Source of the DNA: Candidatus Omnitrophota bacterium
GTDB taxonomy: Bacteria > Omnitrophota > Gorgyraeia > Zapsychrales > Zapsychraceae
Assembly: GCA_020429915.1 (NCBI GenBank)
Contig: JAGQKV010000015.1
Span: 1,593 to 65,592, forward strand
Length of the DNA: 64,000 nt
Direction of reading: 5' to 3'
Shown: piece after piece, positions 17,494 through 27,664 of the stretch
How positions within the stretch are numbered: the first letter of the stretch is position 1
Layout: every line of letters begins with the position of its first letter
Position numbers and translations under genes: made by a program
The notes under the pieces: generated by a model
Database searches by the model: none
The model's input: only the letters and a program-made list of their open reading frames with translations
What the model was told of the DNA's origin: nothing

Positions 17494-18222
17494 TTACTGG
17501 ATCGTGACATTCCCGGAGAGAGAATGCACATCAACAAAGATCCGGTGCGCCGCCCCCTCGTAATTCGCGTTGGTAAAGACGGCGTTATTGCGGGAAAAAT
17601 TCTCGGCGACGATCTCGGCGCCGCGCACGGTCGTGATTTGGGCCCCGGCGTCCGGGGGCAACTTTAACTGAATCTCACCGTGATGATTGTTCATCCAGAT
17701 GACGATGTCCCGGTCCAGTTTCTTCGCAGACAAATCGATCTCCAGACGGCCTTCCCGGTTGTAAATCCGCAGACGGTCCAGATTCATGTCGTTGAGATCC
17801 AGCTGTCCCCGCCCCTTGCCGTACTCCACCGTTAAGTCCAACGGTAACTTCGGATTCAGCTGAACATCCCACGCGTTCATCGCGTCCCCCTGACCGAAGA
17901 CGCCGATGGAAGGAATACTTTCCTGGGTGAGCGCCACGTAGGCTTTTTGGTCGACTTCGTAAAACTCGAGTACCGGGGCCCGTACCGGCGACATGTACCG
18001 GTGCTGACTGACCATCACCGGCAACGCCTCGGCTCCCATCTTCAGGTCCCCTTTTTGTATTTTGAGATAAAACTCGGTCGAGGTGGCCGTGGCGGATTCG
18101 ACGACATGGTTGGGGGTCATCCGGTAATCCGGCCGGGCGGCCATACGGGTCCGGGTCTCCGCGTCGCAACCGCCGCAGACCAGACAAATGACGAAGGGAA
18201 TGAATAACAGACAGGTACGCAT
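17494..18222 (-). CDS. Lipoprotein with a DUF4097/putative-adhesin-like beta-rich domain
   Basis: 242 aa. Lipobox LVCGG|C. The repetitive beta-strand pattern resembles the LiaF/DUF4097 toast-rack family. The assignment is tentative. Confidence 0.45.
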   Translation of the reverse strand: MRTCLLFIPFVICLVCGGCDAETRTRMAARPDYRMTPNHVVESATATSTEFYLKIQKGDLKMGAEALPVMVSQHRYMSPVRAPVLEFYEVDQKAYVALTQESIPSIGVFGQGDAMNAWDVQLNPKLPLDLTVEYGKGRGQLDLNDMNLDRLRIYNREGRLEIDLSAKKLDRDIVIWMNNHHGEIQLKLPPDAGAQITTVRGAEIVAENFSRNNAVFTNANYEGAAHRIFVDVHSLSGNVTIQ

Positions 18223-18308
18223 AACAGTTGACCATTATAGTACGGGGACCGGCCTCTTAGTAGAACTATTTGGCGGAGAGGCAATGGCCGGCAGGAACCC
18301 GCGACCGG

Positions 18309-18935
18309 TTACGCCTTCTCTCCCAATACCGGGATCAGCAGCTTCGCCGTTTCCACGAGCTGCTGATAGTCGCGATCGTCGGTCAGCATTTGCTGCACCG
18401 CCAACACAAAACGGCCCTTTTCATAGCGCATGGATATATTACGCATCGGCAGGCCGAGGATGTGGCGGCACAGGTCCTGGTTCAGGAAATCCTTGATAAC
18501 CAGTTCTTTATTGGTCTTCACGATAAACTTTTGATCGAACACATGCTGGCCGATCTCGACATCCTGCATTCCCAAAACCTTGGCCACATCCGAGAGCATC
18601 GACTTGGTATAAATGTAGAACTCCAGGTCCTTGTTCCCGGGCACGCCGGCCTCGACGATGGTGCTGGCATTTTTGTAGCGGGTGCGGGGACGGTAGTAAA
18701 CGTTCAAATCGTACCCGGCAAGCGGGACGGTCGCCCGGGGGTATCCCAACTTCTTTCCGGGTTCGTAGTGGCCGCTGAACTGGGCGGCCAACCGTTCCAA
18801 CAACCCCCGCTGCAGCTTGACCTCCCGCAGGCGTCTGAGCAGTTTGTACACCAGTACCCCCAGCATGAAAGCCAATTGGCAAACGACGACCACGATGATC
18901 AGCTTCTTGATCTGAATGAGCAGTTCCGTGTCCAT
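18309..18935 (-). CDS. Hypothetical membrane-anchored protein
   Basis: 208 aa with an N-terminal TM helix (LIIVVVVCQLAFMLGVLVY). No family call. Confidence 0.45.
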   Translation of the reverse strand: MDTELLIQIKKLIIVVVVCQLAFMLGVLVYKLLRRLREVKLQRGLLERLAAQFSGHYEPGKKLGYPRATVPLAGYDLNVYYRPRTRYKNASTIVEAGVPGNKDLEFYIYTKSMLSDVAKVLGMQDVEIGQHVFDQKFIVKTNKELVIKDFLNQDLCRHILGLPMRNISMRYEKGRFVLAVQQMLTDDRDYQQLVETAKLLIPVLGEKA

Positions 18936-19068
18936 GATTAAATCCTCTGTTCCTCTCCAAATTGGGTGACGATCACTTTATGGCCCCTTAGCCGACAACG
19001 GACCGGACCGTTTCGTGAAAGGTGAATTCCGCCGCGAAGGACATGGCGGTCAACCGGTCGCCGGCAGG

Positions 19069-20412
19069 TCAGACAATCCCGTACGCCAGCATCGCCTCGG
19101 CAACCTTACGGAACCCGGCGATATTGGCGCCGTTGACATAGTCGATATATCCGCTCTCGGTCTCACCGTAGCGGACGCATTGCGCATGGATTTTGCCCAT
19201 GATTTCCTGCAGTTTGTTGTCGATATTTTCCCGGGTCCAGCTCAAACGCATCACGTTCTGTGTGATTTCCAGTCCGGAAATCGCCACCCCGCCGGCATTG
19301 GCCGCCTTGGCCGGACCGAACAGCACCCCGGCCTCGCGAAAGACTTTGATGCCCTTCAGAGTCGTAGGCATGTTGGCCCCTTCGCTCACCAGCCGGCAGC
19401 CGTTGCGGACCAGCAGTTTGGCGCTCTCTTCATCCAGTTCATTTTGCGTCGCGCTGGGAAAGGCGAGGTCGCAGGGGACTTTCCACGGCCGCTGTGCCGC
19501 ATGAAATTCGGCATTGAATTCTTCGGCGTACTCCTCGATCGAACCGCGCTTGTTGAGTTTGAGATCCATCAGGAAGTTGAGCCGCTCTTCGTTGATGCCT
19601 TCCTTATCGTAGATGTAACCGTTGCGGTCCGAGATAGTCACCACCTTGGCCCCCAATTCGATCAGTTTTTCGACGGTGTACAACGCGACGTTTCCGGATC
19701 CCGACACGACGCAAATCTTGCCTTCCAGACCGTCATCCTGAGTACGCAGCATTTCGCGGGCAAAATAGACGCTTCCCCAACCGGTCGCCTCGGTGCGGAT
19801 CTCGCTGCCGCCGAACGACAATCCCTTACCGGTGATCGTCCCCTGAAATTTGTTGGTCAGACGTTTGTACTGACCGAAGAGATAACTGACTTCACGGGCA
19901 CCGCAGCCCAGATCCCCGGCAGGGATATCGACGTCGTCGCCGATATGCCGATGCAGTTCGGTCATATACGATTGGCAGAAACGCATGACCTCGCTGTCAC
20001 TCTTGCCGATCGGATTGAAGTTCGATCCTCCCTTGGCCCCGCCCATCGGCAGCGTGGTCAAGGCATTCTTGAAGGTCTGCTCAAACCCGAGGAACTTCAG
20101 GACCCCGAGATTCACCGATTTGTCAAAACGGAGCCCGCCTTTATACGGCCCGATAGCGTTGTTGAACTGCACCCGGAAACCGCGATTGGCACGCACGTTC
20201 TTGTTGTCGTCCTCCCAGCAGACACGAAAGATGATGATCCGGTCCGGCTCGGTCATACGCTCGAGAATGCTCACCTTCTTGAACCGGGGGTCCTGCAGCT
20301 TTTTCAAATACGGGAGGACGCTGCGCGCGACCTCTTCCACCGCCTGATAAAACTCGGGCTGACCGGGACTCCGTCTTTTCACACCGTTCATAAAACGATC
20401 GATCTCGTCCAT
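19069..20412 (-). CDS. gdhA: NADP-specific glutamate dehydrogenase
   Basis: 447 aa. Catalytic region GGAKGGSNFNP and dinucleotide motif VVSGSGNVA. The match to the GdhA family runs full length. Confidence 0.92.
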   Translation of the reverse strand: MDEIDRFMNGVKRRSPGQPEFYQAVEEVARSVLPYLKKLQDPRFKKVSILERMTEPDRIIIFRVCWEDDNKNVRANRGFRVQFNNAIGPYKGGLRFDKSVNLGVLKFLGFEQTFKNALTTLPMGGAKGGSNFNPIGKSDSEVMRFCQSYMTELHRHIGDDVDIPAGDLGCGAREVSYLFGQYKRLTNKFQGTITGKGLSFGGSEIRTEATGWGSVYFAREMLRTQDDGLEGKICVVSGSGNVALYTVEKLIELGAKVVTISDRNGYIYDKEGINEERLNFLMDLKLNKRGSIEEYAEEFNAEFHAAQRPWKVPCDLAFPSATQNELDEESAKLLVRNGCRLVSEGANMPTTLKGIKVFREAGVLFGPAKAANAGGVAISGLEITQNVMRLSWTRENIDNKLQEIMGKIHAQCVRYGETESGYIDYVNGANIAGFRKVAEAMLAYGIV

Positions 20413-20424
20413 CGACGGTCCTTT

Positions 20425-21033
20425 CTATTGTTGCGACAACAAGGCTTGCTGCAGGGCCTGTTGATACTGAAGCTGAAGGGCTTGCTGGTAGATCGCCATC
20501 TGCTGACGGACAGCCACTTGCCGCGCGATGTTCTGCGCCACCGCCTGGCGGATCGCCGCCTCCTGGATGGCCCGATACCGTTGTTGAATTACGGCCGCCT
20601 GCACGACACTGCGCTGAATGGATTGACGCACGACGTTCTGCATGACCGACTGCACGATCGTACGTTGAATGGATTGACGGATGGCCGCTTCGACCGTCCG
20701 TTGCATGACCTGCTGGGCCGCCTGCTGCTGCCGCTGCACCATAAACTGTTCGACCCCCTGCTGGTAAGCCTGCCGTACGGCCTGCTGCACAACCTGTTGT
20801 TGCAGTCCCTGCAAGATGCTCTGCTGAATGGCATTTTGCACGACCGCCTCGGTCACATTAAGCCGTTGCCGGACAATGGCCTGCTGCACGGCTTGCATCA
20901 CCATAGCCTGGTACGTACGCAGCACGGTCTGCTGGATCAACTCGCGGGCGGCGGCGTCTTGGTCCTGGGCGCGGGCCGTACCGGAAGCAGCGATTCCCAG
21001 GACGATCATTCCGACTAAAATCTTTCGTAGCAT
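20425..21033 (-). CDS. Secreted Gln-rich periodic-repeat protein (low complexity)
   Basis: 202 aa. Signal peptide MLRKILVGMIVLGIAASGTARA. The body is built almost entirely of ~8-residue units of the form (V/I)xQ(A/S)(I/V)xRQ / QQAxxQ. Confidence 0.55.
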   Translation of the reverse strand: MLRKILVGMIVLGIAASGTARAQDQDAAARELIQQTVLRTYQAMVMQAVQQAIVRQRLNVTEAVVQNAIQQSILQGLQQQVVQQAVRQAYQQGVEQFMVQRQQQAAQQVMQRTVEAAIRQSIQRTIVQSVMQNVVRQSIQRSVVQAAVIQQRYRAIQEAAIRQAVAQNIARQVAVRQQMAIYQQALQLQYQQALQQALLSQQ

Positions 21034-21044
21034 GGGCTATCTCC

Positions 21045-21794
21045 TTAGGGTTGGGGGATCCGGCGCTGGCTGACCGGGTGCACGGGCAACCGTTCTCCGC
21101 TCAGAATCGGCGATAATGGTTTGGCATCGATGCGCAGCCCGCCGTCGTGTTCAATCCGGATCGTATATAGGACGCCGGGGACGAACATCGTGCCCGGGGC
21201 CTCGATTTGCGCGTTTTTGATCCCCTCGTTCTCACGGACGGCCGGATTCAAGGCATGATCCCAAAACTCCCGCCACAGCTCGGCCTCGTACTCATTGTCC
21301 AGCCCTTCCACCTTGTAGCCGGAGGGCACCGCGTGGAATTTGGTGATTTCATACTCCTGGGTTTCCTTCCCGTTAAGCATGAAGACCTTCAGAAATAAAT
21401 ACGCGCTTTTGCCTTTAAGCAGGTCGCCATTGCGGATGTGAATGTCATCAAACCGGATGACCAGCGACTGGAACTGAATGATATTGCCGGAGAACTCGAA
21501 GTAGCGCGGCTCCATCGGCTTGCCGGCCGCGTCGTATTCGAGGAACTTGATGGTGGTATAGGTCTTGCCGTCCTCCTCGTGGTAATTCACCCCGGTCACC
21601 AGGATTTCGGCCACCCGGGAATCGGCCTCCAGGCGGCCGATCACTTTCTTGAGGATCTCAACCTTGTTGAGCTGCTCCTGGATAAAATTGTAACCCACCA
21701 CGCCTCCGCCGGTGAGCAGTAGCAATACGCCGGTCAGCCACAAGTTTTTGCGCGACCGCCGGACCGGATTTTTCACGACAGACTCTTCATCCAT
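21045..21794 (-). CDS. Hypothetical membrane-anchored protein
   Basis: 249 aa. An N-terminal TM (LWLTGVLLLLTGGGVVGY) is followed by a soluble domain. No family call. Confidence 0.5.
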   Translation of the reverse strand: MDEESVVKNPVRRSRKNLWLTGVLLLLTGGGVVGYNFIQEQLNKVEILKKVIGRLEADSRVAEILVTGVNYHEEDGKTYTTIKFLEYDAAGKPMEPRYFEFSGNIIQFQSLVIRFDDIHIRNGDLLKGKSAYLFLKVFMLNGKETQEYEITKFHAVPSGYKVEGLDNEYEAELWREFWDHALNPAVRENEGIKNAQIEAPGTMFVPGVLYTIRIEHDGGLRIDAKPLSPILSGERLPVHPVSQRRIPQP

Positions 21795-21893
21795 TTTACC
21801 TATCCTACATCTTTCCGTCGGGATTTTGAACTCCTATTATCCTTTTTTCGGACGGCCATCGCCGACCGCGCGCCGAACATGTTATAATCGGAC

Positions 21894-22082
21894 ATGGCCG
21901 TTTCCGAAGAATACAATTACGCCTGCCCTTGTTGCGGAGGGGATAATTCGCTGTTGATCGACCTGACCGCCGGATCCCGGCAACAGTTCGTCACCGACTG
22001 CGAGGTGTGCTGCCGGCCGCTCGTCATCAGCCTGTGCCTCTCGGGGACGGACATTACCGACTTTGAGGCCGCGCCGGAATAG
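21894..22082 (+). CDS. CPXCG-motif cysteine-rich small protein (zinc-ribbon-like)
   Basis: 62 aa. The first Cys pair is in YACPCCGG and the second in CEVCCRPL. This is the four-Cys CPXCG family pattern. Confidence 0.7.
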   Translation: MAVSEEYNYACPCCGGDNSLLIDLTAGSRQQFVTDCEVCCRPLVISLCLSGTDITDFEAAPE

Positions 22083-23130
22083 CCCCCTTCTCCAGCATTT
22101 TCACTTCTTGGACCACCGTTACGATAAGCTCTTCCACATACCGGGTGGTACCGTCCAGGTTCAAATGATGCCAATCCTTGAACTCTTTAATGGGATAAGG
22201 TTGCAGCAACGGAGGAATGGTGTGCAGATTTGCGTTGGCATGCTCCCAGCGCGCCACCAGTTGGCGGTAACGGTCATTGCTGCCGGTGGCCTCGCGGCGG
22301 TCGTAAAGGACTTGAGTGGTCGGGGAATTGGCCAGCAATACGGTAATGCCGCTCTCCCGGGCCACCCGAAAGAATTCCTGATACCAGTAATCCATATCCG
22401 GGTCTGCCTTCAGCGGTAAGTCGAAGAATTCCGAAGCGCGCACCTCGTCGTCGGTCACCGATACAAAACCGCCGATAATCAGCCCTCCGTTGTTTTTATC
22501 CAGGAACCGTACCGCCGGCGTCATGTAGTCCTTGTAAAAATAACCCGGACTCTTAATGGCCTTTTTGATGGCACTGCGGTAAAGCACCAGATTAAGAAGG
22601 CGTTCGAGCTTCACGGTCACCAGCCGGCCATATTCGGAAACCGGAAAGACTCCCAGGAGTTCCGGCAGCGAATACATCTGCGCCAGGTAATGTAACGATT
22701 CGTTACGGCCCGGGACCTTATCGGCAGCCCAAGCGCCGGTGATCGCCAACGGAGCCGAACCGAACAGGATGTATTTCGGCGGGCGGTGCCGCCGCAAATA
22801 TTTGCGCAGCAGGAGCGTGTACGACCGGATGCCCTGATTGAGCATCGCATAATTGTAGACCGAGAAATTGCGGCCCAGGGCGGCGCTTAAATCCTCCTCA
22901 AACCACTTGGCGTTGAGCCCCATAAAGCGGCTGTCACCCATGATAATCATGTCGTGGTCCAGCGCGGGGCCATGTTCCAGCCGGTACTGTTTGTAAACCA
23001 GCGCGCTGAGCGAGGGCGTGCGTAATTTGTAGACATTGAGGCTTACGTACAGCTCAGTCAAATAAAGCAGCGCCAGGCAAAACAGCAGGGCCTTCGGCCA
23101 GCGTTTAAAATTGAAAATATATGAAATCAT
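22054..23130 (-). CDS. SGNH/DltD-like partner protein of the MBOAT acyltransferase (putative polysaccharide O-acylation)
   Basis: 358 aa. N-terminal TM, then GDSRF (a GDS(L)-like motif). It lies immediately downstream of the MBOAT gene and overlaps it. This pairing is typical of AlgI/AlgJ-X and DltB/DltD systems. Confidence 0.55.
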   Translation of the reverse strand: MISYIFNFKRWPKALLFCLALLYLTELYVSLNVYKLRTPSLSALVYKQYRLEHGPALDHDMIIMGDSRFMGLNAKWFEEDLSAALGRNFSVYNYAMLNQGIRSYTLLLRKYLRRHRPPKYILFGSAPLAITGAWAADKVPGRNESLHYLAQMYSLPELLGVFPVSEYGRLVTVKLERLLNLVLYRSAIKKAIKSPGYFYKDYMTPAVRFLDKNNGGLIIGGFVSVTDDEVRASEFFDLPLKADPDMDYWYQEFFRVARESGITVLLANSPTTQVLYDRREATGSNDRYRQLVARWEHANANLHTIPPLLQPYPIKEFKDWHHLNLDGTTRYVEELIVTVVQEVKMLEKGAIPARPQSR

Positions 23131-24532
23131 TGGCTTCGGTCACACCGTAAATGAGGATCAACATGATCAGGGCATAGTACCAGATCCCCCGCGCGACCCA
23201 CGGCAGGCGGTAGAGCGCCAGAATATCGTTTCGCCAGTATTGCACTATTTGAACGGCCATGGCCGGTCCGGCGAAAAAGGCCACCTTCCGCATGATGATT
23301 CCGGTCACTCCGGCCTCCAATCCCGGCGGTTGCCATATCATGGCCGCCATGAGTTGACCGAAATGGGTTAACGACTCGGCGCGGAACATCATCCAGCCCA
23401 GGCATACGAAGTGAAAAAAGACAATCACCTGGACCACGCCGGCCGCGCCGGCCACCACCGGATGCGCCGGCCGAGCTCCTCCCAGCCGACCAGCCGCGAG
23501 CCGGTATCCCACGAGCAGTACGCCATGATAAAAACCCCACAGGACGAACGTCCACGCAGCACCGTGCCAGAGTCCGCCGATAACCATCGTCAGCATCAAG
23601 TTGCGCAGGGTCGCCGTCGTACCGTGACGGTTGCCGCCCAGCGGAATGTACAGATAATCCTTAAGCCAAGTGGACAGACTGATATGCCAGCGCCGCCAAA
23701 AATCGCTCGGAGACGCCGCCATGTACGGAGCGAAGAAATTGTTCATAATATCAAAGCCCATGCAACGGCTCACGCCGCGGGCGATATTCGAGTACCCCGC
23801 AAAATCTCCGAAAATCTGAAAGGCAAACGCGTAGGTCCCCAGCCAAACGCGTTCCTTGACCAAGCCCGCTTCGAGGCTGTAGGCGTTGTCCACGACCACC
23901 GCCAGATTGTCCGCGACGAAGACCTTCAGAAACAGGCCCCACAGGATCAGATAACTCCCTTCGCAGACCTGCTCCCAGGTCACGGTGCGCGGCCGCGCGA
24001 CCTGCGGAAGAAGATGTCGGGCGCGTTCAATCGGACCGGCCACCAGCTGCGGAAAAAAGGCGACGAACAGCGCGAACTCCAGGAGACTGTCGTGGGCCTT
24101 GAGTTCCCCCCGGTAGATGTCGATCGTATAGCTCATCGACTGAAAAGTGTAGAAAGAAATTCCCACCGGCAGGATGATGTCGAGCGTGGCCGGATGCAGA
24201 TTCCAGCCCGCCGCCTCGGCCAGGCGGATCAGATTTTCACTGAAAAAATTGAAGTACTTGAAGAATCCCAGGATCCCGAGATTGGAAACGACGCTGATCA
24301 TGAGAAAGCGCCGGCGCGACCGCTGGTCCGCGGCGCGCTGCATGCGCCCTCCGCACCAAAAGTCGATGAAGGTGGATATCCAGATCAACGACAAAAACCG
24401 CCAGTCCCATGCCCCGTAAAAGATATAGCTGGCGATCAGCAGCATGCGGTTCTGCCAACGGTGATCCAAGAGACGGTACAGTCCGAGAACGATACCGAAG
24501 AAGACAAAAAACTGGACCGAATTAAATAACAT
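23105..24532 (-). CDS. MBOAT-family membrane-bound O-acyltransferase (AlgI/DltB-like)
   Basis: 475-aa polytopic membrane protein with an MBOAT signature, including the conserved His region (WHISLSTWLKDYLYIPLGGN...GGLWHGAAW). Confidence 0.85.
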   Translation of the reverse strand: MLFNSVQFFVFFGIVLGLYRLLDHRWQNRMLLIASYIFYGAWDWRFLSLIWISTFIDFWCGGRMQRAADQRSRRRFLMISVVSNLGILGFFKYFNFFSENLIRLAEAAGWNLHPATLDIILPVGISFYTFQSMSYTIDIYRGELKAHDSLLEFALFVAFFPQLVAGPIERARHLLPQVARPRTVTWEQVCEGSYLILWGLFLKVFVADNLAVVVDNAYSLEAGLVKERVWLGTYAFAFQIFGDFAGYSNIARGVSRCMGFDIMNNFFAPYMAASPSDFWRRWHISLSTWLKDYLYIPLGGNRHGTTATLRNLMLTMVIGGLWHGAAWTFVLWGFYHGVLLVGYRLAAGRLGGARPAHPVVAGAAGVVQVIVFFHFVCLGWMMFRAESLTHFGQLMAAMIWQPPGLEAGVTGIIMRKVAFFAGPAMAVQIVQYWRNDILALYRLPWVARGIWYYALIMLILIYGVTEANDFIYFQF

Positions 24533-24617
24533 GAACGGTGAAGATATGGGTTAATCCAGCCTTAAATATAGCAAAGATTGAATCACCACGGAAGGATTAA
24601 CTATGGGGAAAGCCGTC

Positions 24618-25655
24618 TCAGTAACTGTCGGCGGTCAGCTCGACCTTGCCGCGGAAAATCCAGTAGATCGCCACGGTATACGACAGCACGAACGGGATGC
24701 CGATCACCGCGATATTCAGCATGTAATTGAGCGATTTTTGGGACCCGGAGGCGTTGTAAACAGTCAGACTGTACTCCGGCAGCGGATTGGACAGAACGAT
24801 GTGAGGAAAAATCCCGACCCCGAAGAGCGCGATCAGGGCGGTCATGGCCACGCACGATGACAGCAGGGCCAGGAGGTCGCGCCCGTGGTAAATTTCCCGC
24901 GGAATGTTGGCGATCGCCAACATGTTAACCAGCGGAATGAGGAACAACACCGGTGACAGGCGGAATTTCTCGGCCATCTCCGGGATGTAGACCAACGTGG
25001 CCATGGTCGTGGTCGCGTAGCAGATAATGAAGAAAATGATGCAATTGTTGATCCACCCACGGACCTTTTCGTGGATCTCGCCTTCGGTCTTCAGGCACAG
25101 ATAGATCGCGCCGTGCATCATGAACAAGGCGACCGTGGTCACTCCGACCAAAAGGGCGTAAGGATTGAACAGACCCAGAAATGTCCCGGCGTACTCCTTG
25201 TCCGGTCCGAGCGGGATGCCCATGACCAGATTTCCCAGCGCGATCCCCAATACCAGAGTGGCTACGATACTCGACACCGAGAAGCTCACGTCCCAAAACT
25301 GCCGCCAGGCCGGCGAATGATGTTTGCTGCGGAATTCGATGGAAATGGCGCGGAAGATCAAAGACATCAGCAGGAGCATCACTGCAAAATAAAATCCCGA
25401 CGCCAGCGTCGCGTACACGTCGGGAAAGGCAGCAAACAAAGCCCCGCCTCCCGTGACCAGCCACACTTCATTTCCGTCCCACACCGGCCCGATAGAATTG
25501 ATGCTGACCCGGCGCTCGTGATCGGTTTTCATCAGCAGGTGTAACGCACCCACGCCGAGGTCGAAACCGTCCAGCATGGCGTAACCGCTGAACAAAACGC
25601 CGATCAGGACGAACCAGATAAGATTGAGATCGAGAAAGGTAAAATCCATGGTCAA
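24618..25655 (-). CDS. cydB: Cytochrome bd ubiquinol oxidase subunit II
   Basis: 345 aa. Typical CydB N-terminus ([36 protein letters not shown]). It overlaps cydA by 4 nt. Confidence 0.9.
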   Translation of the reverse strand: MTMDFTFLDLNLIWFVLIGVLFSGYAMLDGFDLGVGALHLLMKTDHERRVSINSIGPVWDGNEVWLVTGGGALFAAFPDVYATLASGFYFAVMLLLMSLIFRAISIEFRSKHHSPAWRQFWDVSFSVSSIVATLVLGIALGNLVMGIPLGPDKEYAGTFLGLFNPYALLVGVTTVALFMMHGAIYLCLKTEGEIHEKVRGWINNCIIFFIICYATTTMATLVYIPEMAEKFRLSPVLFLIPLVNMLAIANIPREIYHGRDLLALLSSCVAMTALIALFGVGIFPHIVLSNPLPEYSLTVYNASGSQKSLNYMLNIAVIGIPFVLSYTVAIYWIFRGKVELTADSY

Positions 25656-27001
25656 GCCCTCTGCCTGTCCGCCAAATGTTCTACGTCTTCCGGCCCGTGC
25701 TTGATCTTCCGGTCAAGCAGGAATATGAACAGCACAAACAGCAGCAGATAGATAACGGTAAACATAATCAGTGACGTCAGCACCATATTCGCGGTGACCG
25801 TTTTGGACAAGGCCTCCGAGGTGCGCAATAGTCCGTAGACAATCCACGGCTGGCGGCCAACCTCCGCGGTAAACCAACCGGCCTGATTGGCGATCTGCGG
25901 ACCAAGCACTGAGAAGACAAATGCCCACAACAGCGGCCGGCACTCAAAGAGTTTTCCGCGCAGCAGCATAAACATACCCGTCACGTTGAGGGCGATCAGA
26001 GTGAAACCGATCGCCACCATGATATGATAAAACTGAAAGACGACATTCACCGGAGGCCGGTCCTCCTTCGGAAAGGCGTTCAAGCCGGTGACCGGCGCGT
26101 CGGGATCGCCGTACAGAAGCACGCTGACCATGCGCGGGATCCGGATCCCGAAGTTGACGCGTTGATTCTTCTCGTCCACCCATCCGAAAAGATACAGATC
26201 AGCCGGGGCCGACTCCGGATAGTGGGCCTCCATGGCCGCCATCTTCGGCGGTTGGTGTTCGGCCACCAGTTCGGCGCTGTGGTGCCCGCTGATCAACTGA
26301 CAGACAGAAGCGAACAGGGCCACGGTCAGAGCGATCTTCATCGATGCCTGGGCGAACTCCCGGTGACGGTTGCGTAGCAGATAGTAAGCACTGATGCTCA
26401 GGACCAGCGTGGCGCCGGCCTGCCAACAACCGAGCACGACGTGCATCAACCGGTCCATCGATGAGGGATTGAACACCATGGCCCAAAAGTCGGTGATCTC
26501 CGCCCGTGCCTCCATCCCCTGCCCGACGATGTGATATCCCGCCGGCGTCTGCATCCAGGATCCGGCCACCACGATCCAGATCGACGAAAAATGAGCGCCC
26601 AGACACACCATGATCGCCGATACGAAATGGACCCACGGTTTGACCTTGTCCCAACCGAATAAAAGCACCGCCAAAAAGCCCGATTCCAGAAAGAAGGCGA
26701 AGATTCCCTCCGCTGCCAGGGCGCTGCCGAAAATATCTCCGACGTAACGGGAATAAGTGGCCCAGTTCGTTCCGAACTCGAACTCCATAACGATACCGGT
26801 GGCCACACCGATCGCGAAGGTGAGTCCGAAGACCTTCACCCAAAACCGCGTCATGCTGTGATACAGCGGATTCTTGGTCTTCAGATACATCCCTTCCATG
26901 ATCACCATGATGATCCCCAGCCCGATACTGAGCGGCGGATACAAATAGTGGAAGGCAACGGTTAATGCGAATTGTATTCGTGATAAAAGTAAGACGTCCA
27001 T
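25652..27001 (-). CDS. cydA: Cytochrome bd ubiquinol oxidase subunit I
   Basis: 449 aa. CydA family; quinol-binding Q-loop region and heme ligands are in the expected context. Confidence 0.9.
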   Translation of the reverse strand: MDVLLLSRIQFALTVAFHYLYPPLSIGLGIIMVIMEGMYLKTKNPLYHSMTRFWVKVFGLTFAIGVATGIVMEFEFGTNWATYSRYVGDIFGSALAAEGIFAFFLESGFLAVLLFGWDKVKPWVHFVSAIMVCLGAHFSSIWIVVAGSWMQTPAGYHIVGQGMEARAEITDFWAMVFNPSSMDRLMHVVLGCWQAGATLVLSISAYYLLRNRHREFAQASMKIALTVALFASVCQLISGHHSAELVAEHQPPKMAAMEAHYPESAPADLYLFGWVDEKNQRVNFGIRIPRMVSVLLYGDPDAPVTGLNAFPKEDRPPVNVVFQFYHIMVAIGFTLIALNVTGMFMLLRGKLFECRPLLWAFVFSVLGPQIANQAGWFTAEVGRQPWIVYGLLRTSEALSKTVTANMVLTSLIMFTVIYLLLFVLFIFLLDRKIKHGPEDVEHLADRQRA

Positions 27002-27088
27002 GACTTAATCCTGACTGGAAAGGTAATAATTTAACAGAAAATCCGGCAGATGCAAGCAGTAATTTTTTTAAACCGAAAAAAACGGGTT

Positions 27089-27664
27089 TTACAGGAGCGA
27101 TTGCAGATGCCGCTCCATGGCGGGGAGTTGCTTCGGGGTATCAATCTTATAGTAGCCGCGGATCGTCGCGTTTTGATCAATCAAAAAAACCATCTGATCC
27201 AACTGGAACAAGTCGGCGCGGGCGTCGAGGTGAAAACCGGCATGCATCCAGCTCTCGATTTCCTCCCGCGGTCCGTATAGGAGAAACCATTTTTGCTGCG
27301 CGTCCCCGTCGAGATCGGCGCGGATCCCGGCCAACCGCTCCGGATCAGCGGACACACTGATAATCTGGAAGTTCTCACGTCCGGCAAAGCGACGATACAG
27401 TGCCCGTAACGACTGCAGCGTCGCCTCATGCGGGACGCTGCGCTCCGGCGAAATAAAATGCACAAGCCAAACCTTTCCTTTCATCTTGTGCAGATTGTGT
27501 TTTTCGCCGTTAATATCACTCAGCTCAAAATACGGGACGCCGCCATAGGCAAACCCGCCGAATCCCTGGCCGGCGTCGCGGCGCATCAGATTAAATGCCA
27601 CCGTAGCAGCCACGACGAACAAGACGGCCCACGCCAGGACGACGGGCCGGTCTTCACGCTTCAT
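27089..27664 (-). CDS. SCO1/SenC-like thioredoxin-fold protein lacking the CxxxC copper-binding motif
   Basis: 191 aa. N-terminal TM, then a SCO-like fold (GKVWLVHFISPERSVPHEATLQSL). Where canonical SCO proteins carry CxxxC, this one has FISPER with no Cys. It is the last gene of the oxidase operon. Confidence 0.55.
   Translation of the reverse strand: MKREDRPVVLAWAVLFVVAATVAFNLMRRDAGQGFGGFAYGGVPYFELSDINGEKHNLHKMKGKVWLVHFISPERSVPHEATLQSLRALYRRFAGRENFQIISVSADPERLAGIRADLDGDAQQKWFLLYGPREEIESWMHAGFHLDARADLFQLDQMVFLIDQNATIRGYYKIDTPKQLPAMERHLQSLL

Noticed and set aside
19015-21018. 667-aa plus-strand ORF spanning the gdhA and Q-rich-protein region
   Set aside because: It is antisense to two well-supported minus-strand genes. 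The His/Leu/Arg/Asp-rich low-complexity translation is typical of a stop-free reverse frame in high-GC DNA. No homology signal.
23411-24529. 372-aa plus-strand ORF antisense to the MBOAT gene
   Set aside because: The opposite-strand gene has a clear MBOAT signature, and this frame is a GC artefact. The same applies to 12218-13312, 15819-16829, 16781-17563, 35049-36752, 38241-39188, 40716-41300, 42873-43562, 57288-58328, 59226-59942 and 62375-63256.
27001-27089. Hairpin AAACCG-aaaaaaa-CGGGTTT between the oxidase operon and cydA as a terminator
   Set aside because: The stem is short and AT-rich. On the minus strand, where both operons lie, it is followed by an A-run, not a U-run. On the plus strand only 4 U follow. 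It does not qualify as a convincing intrinsic terminator.
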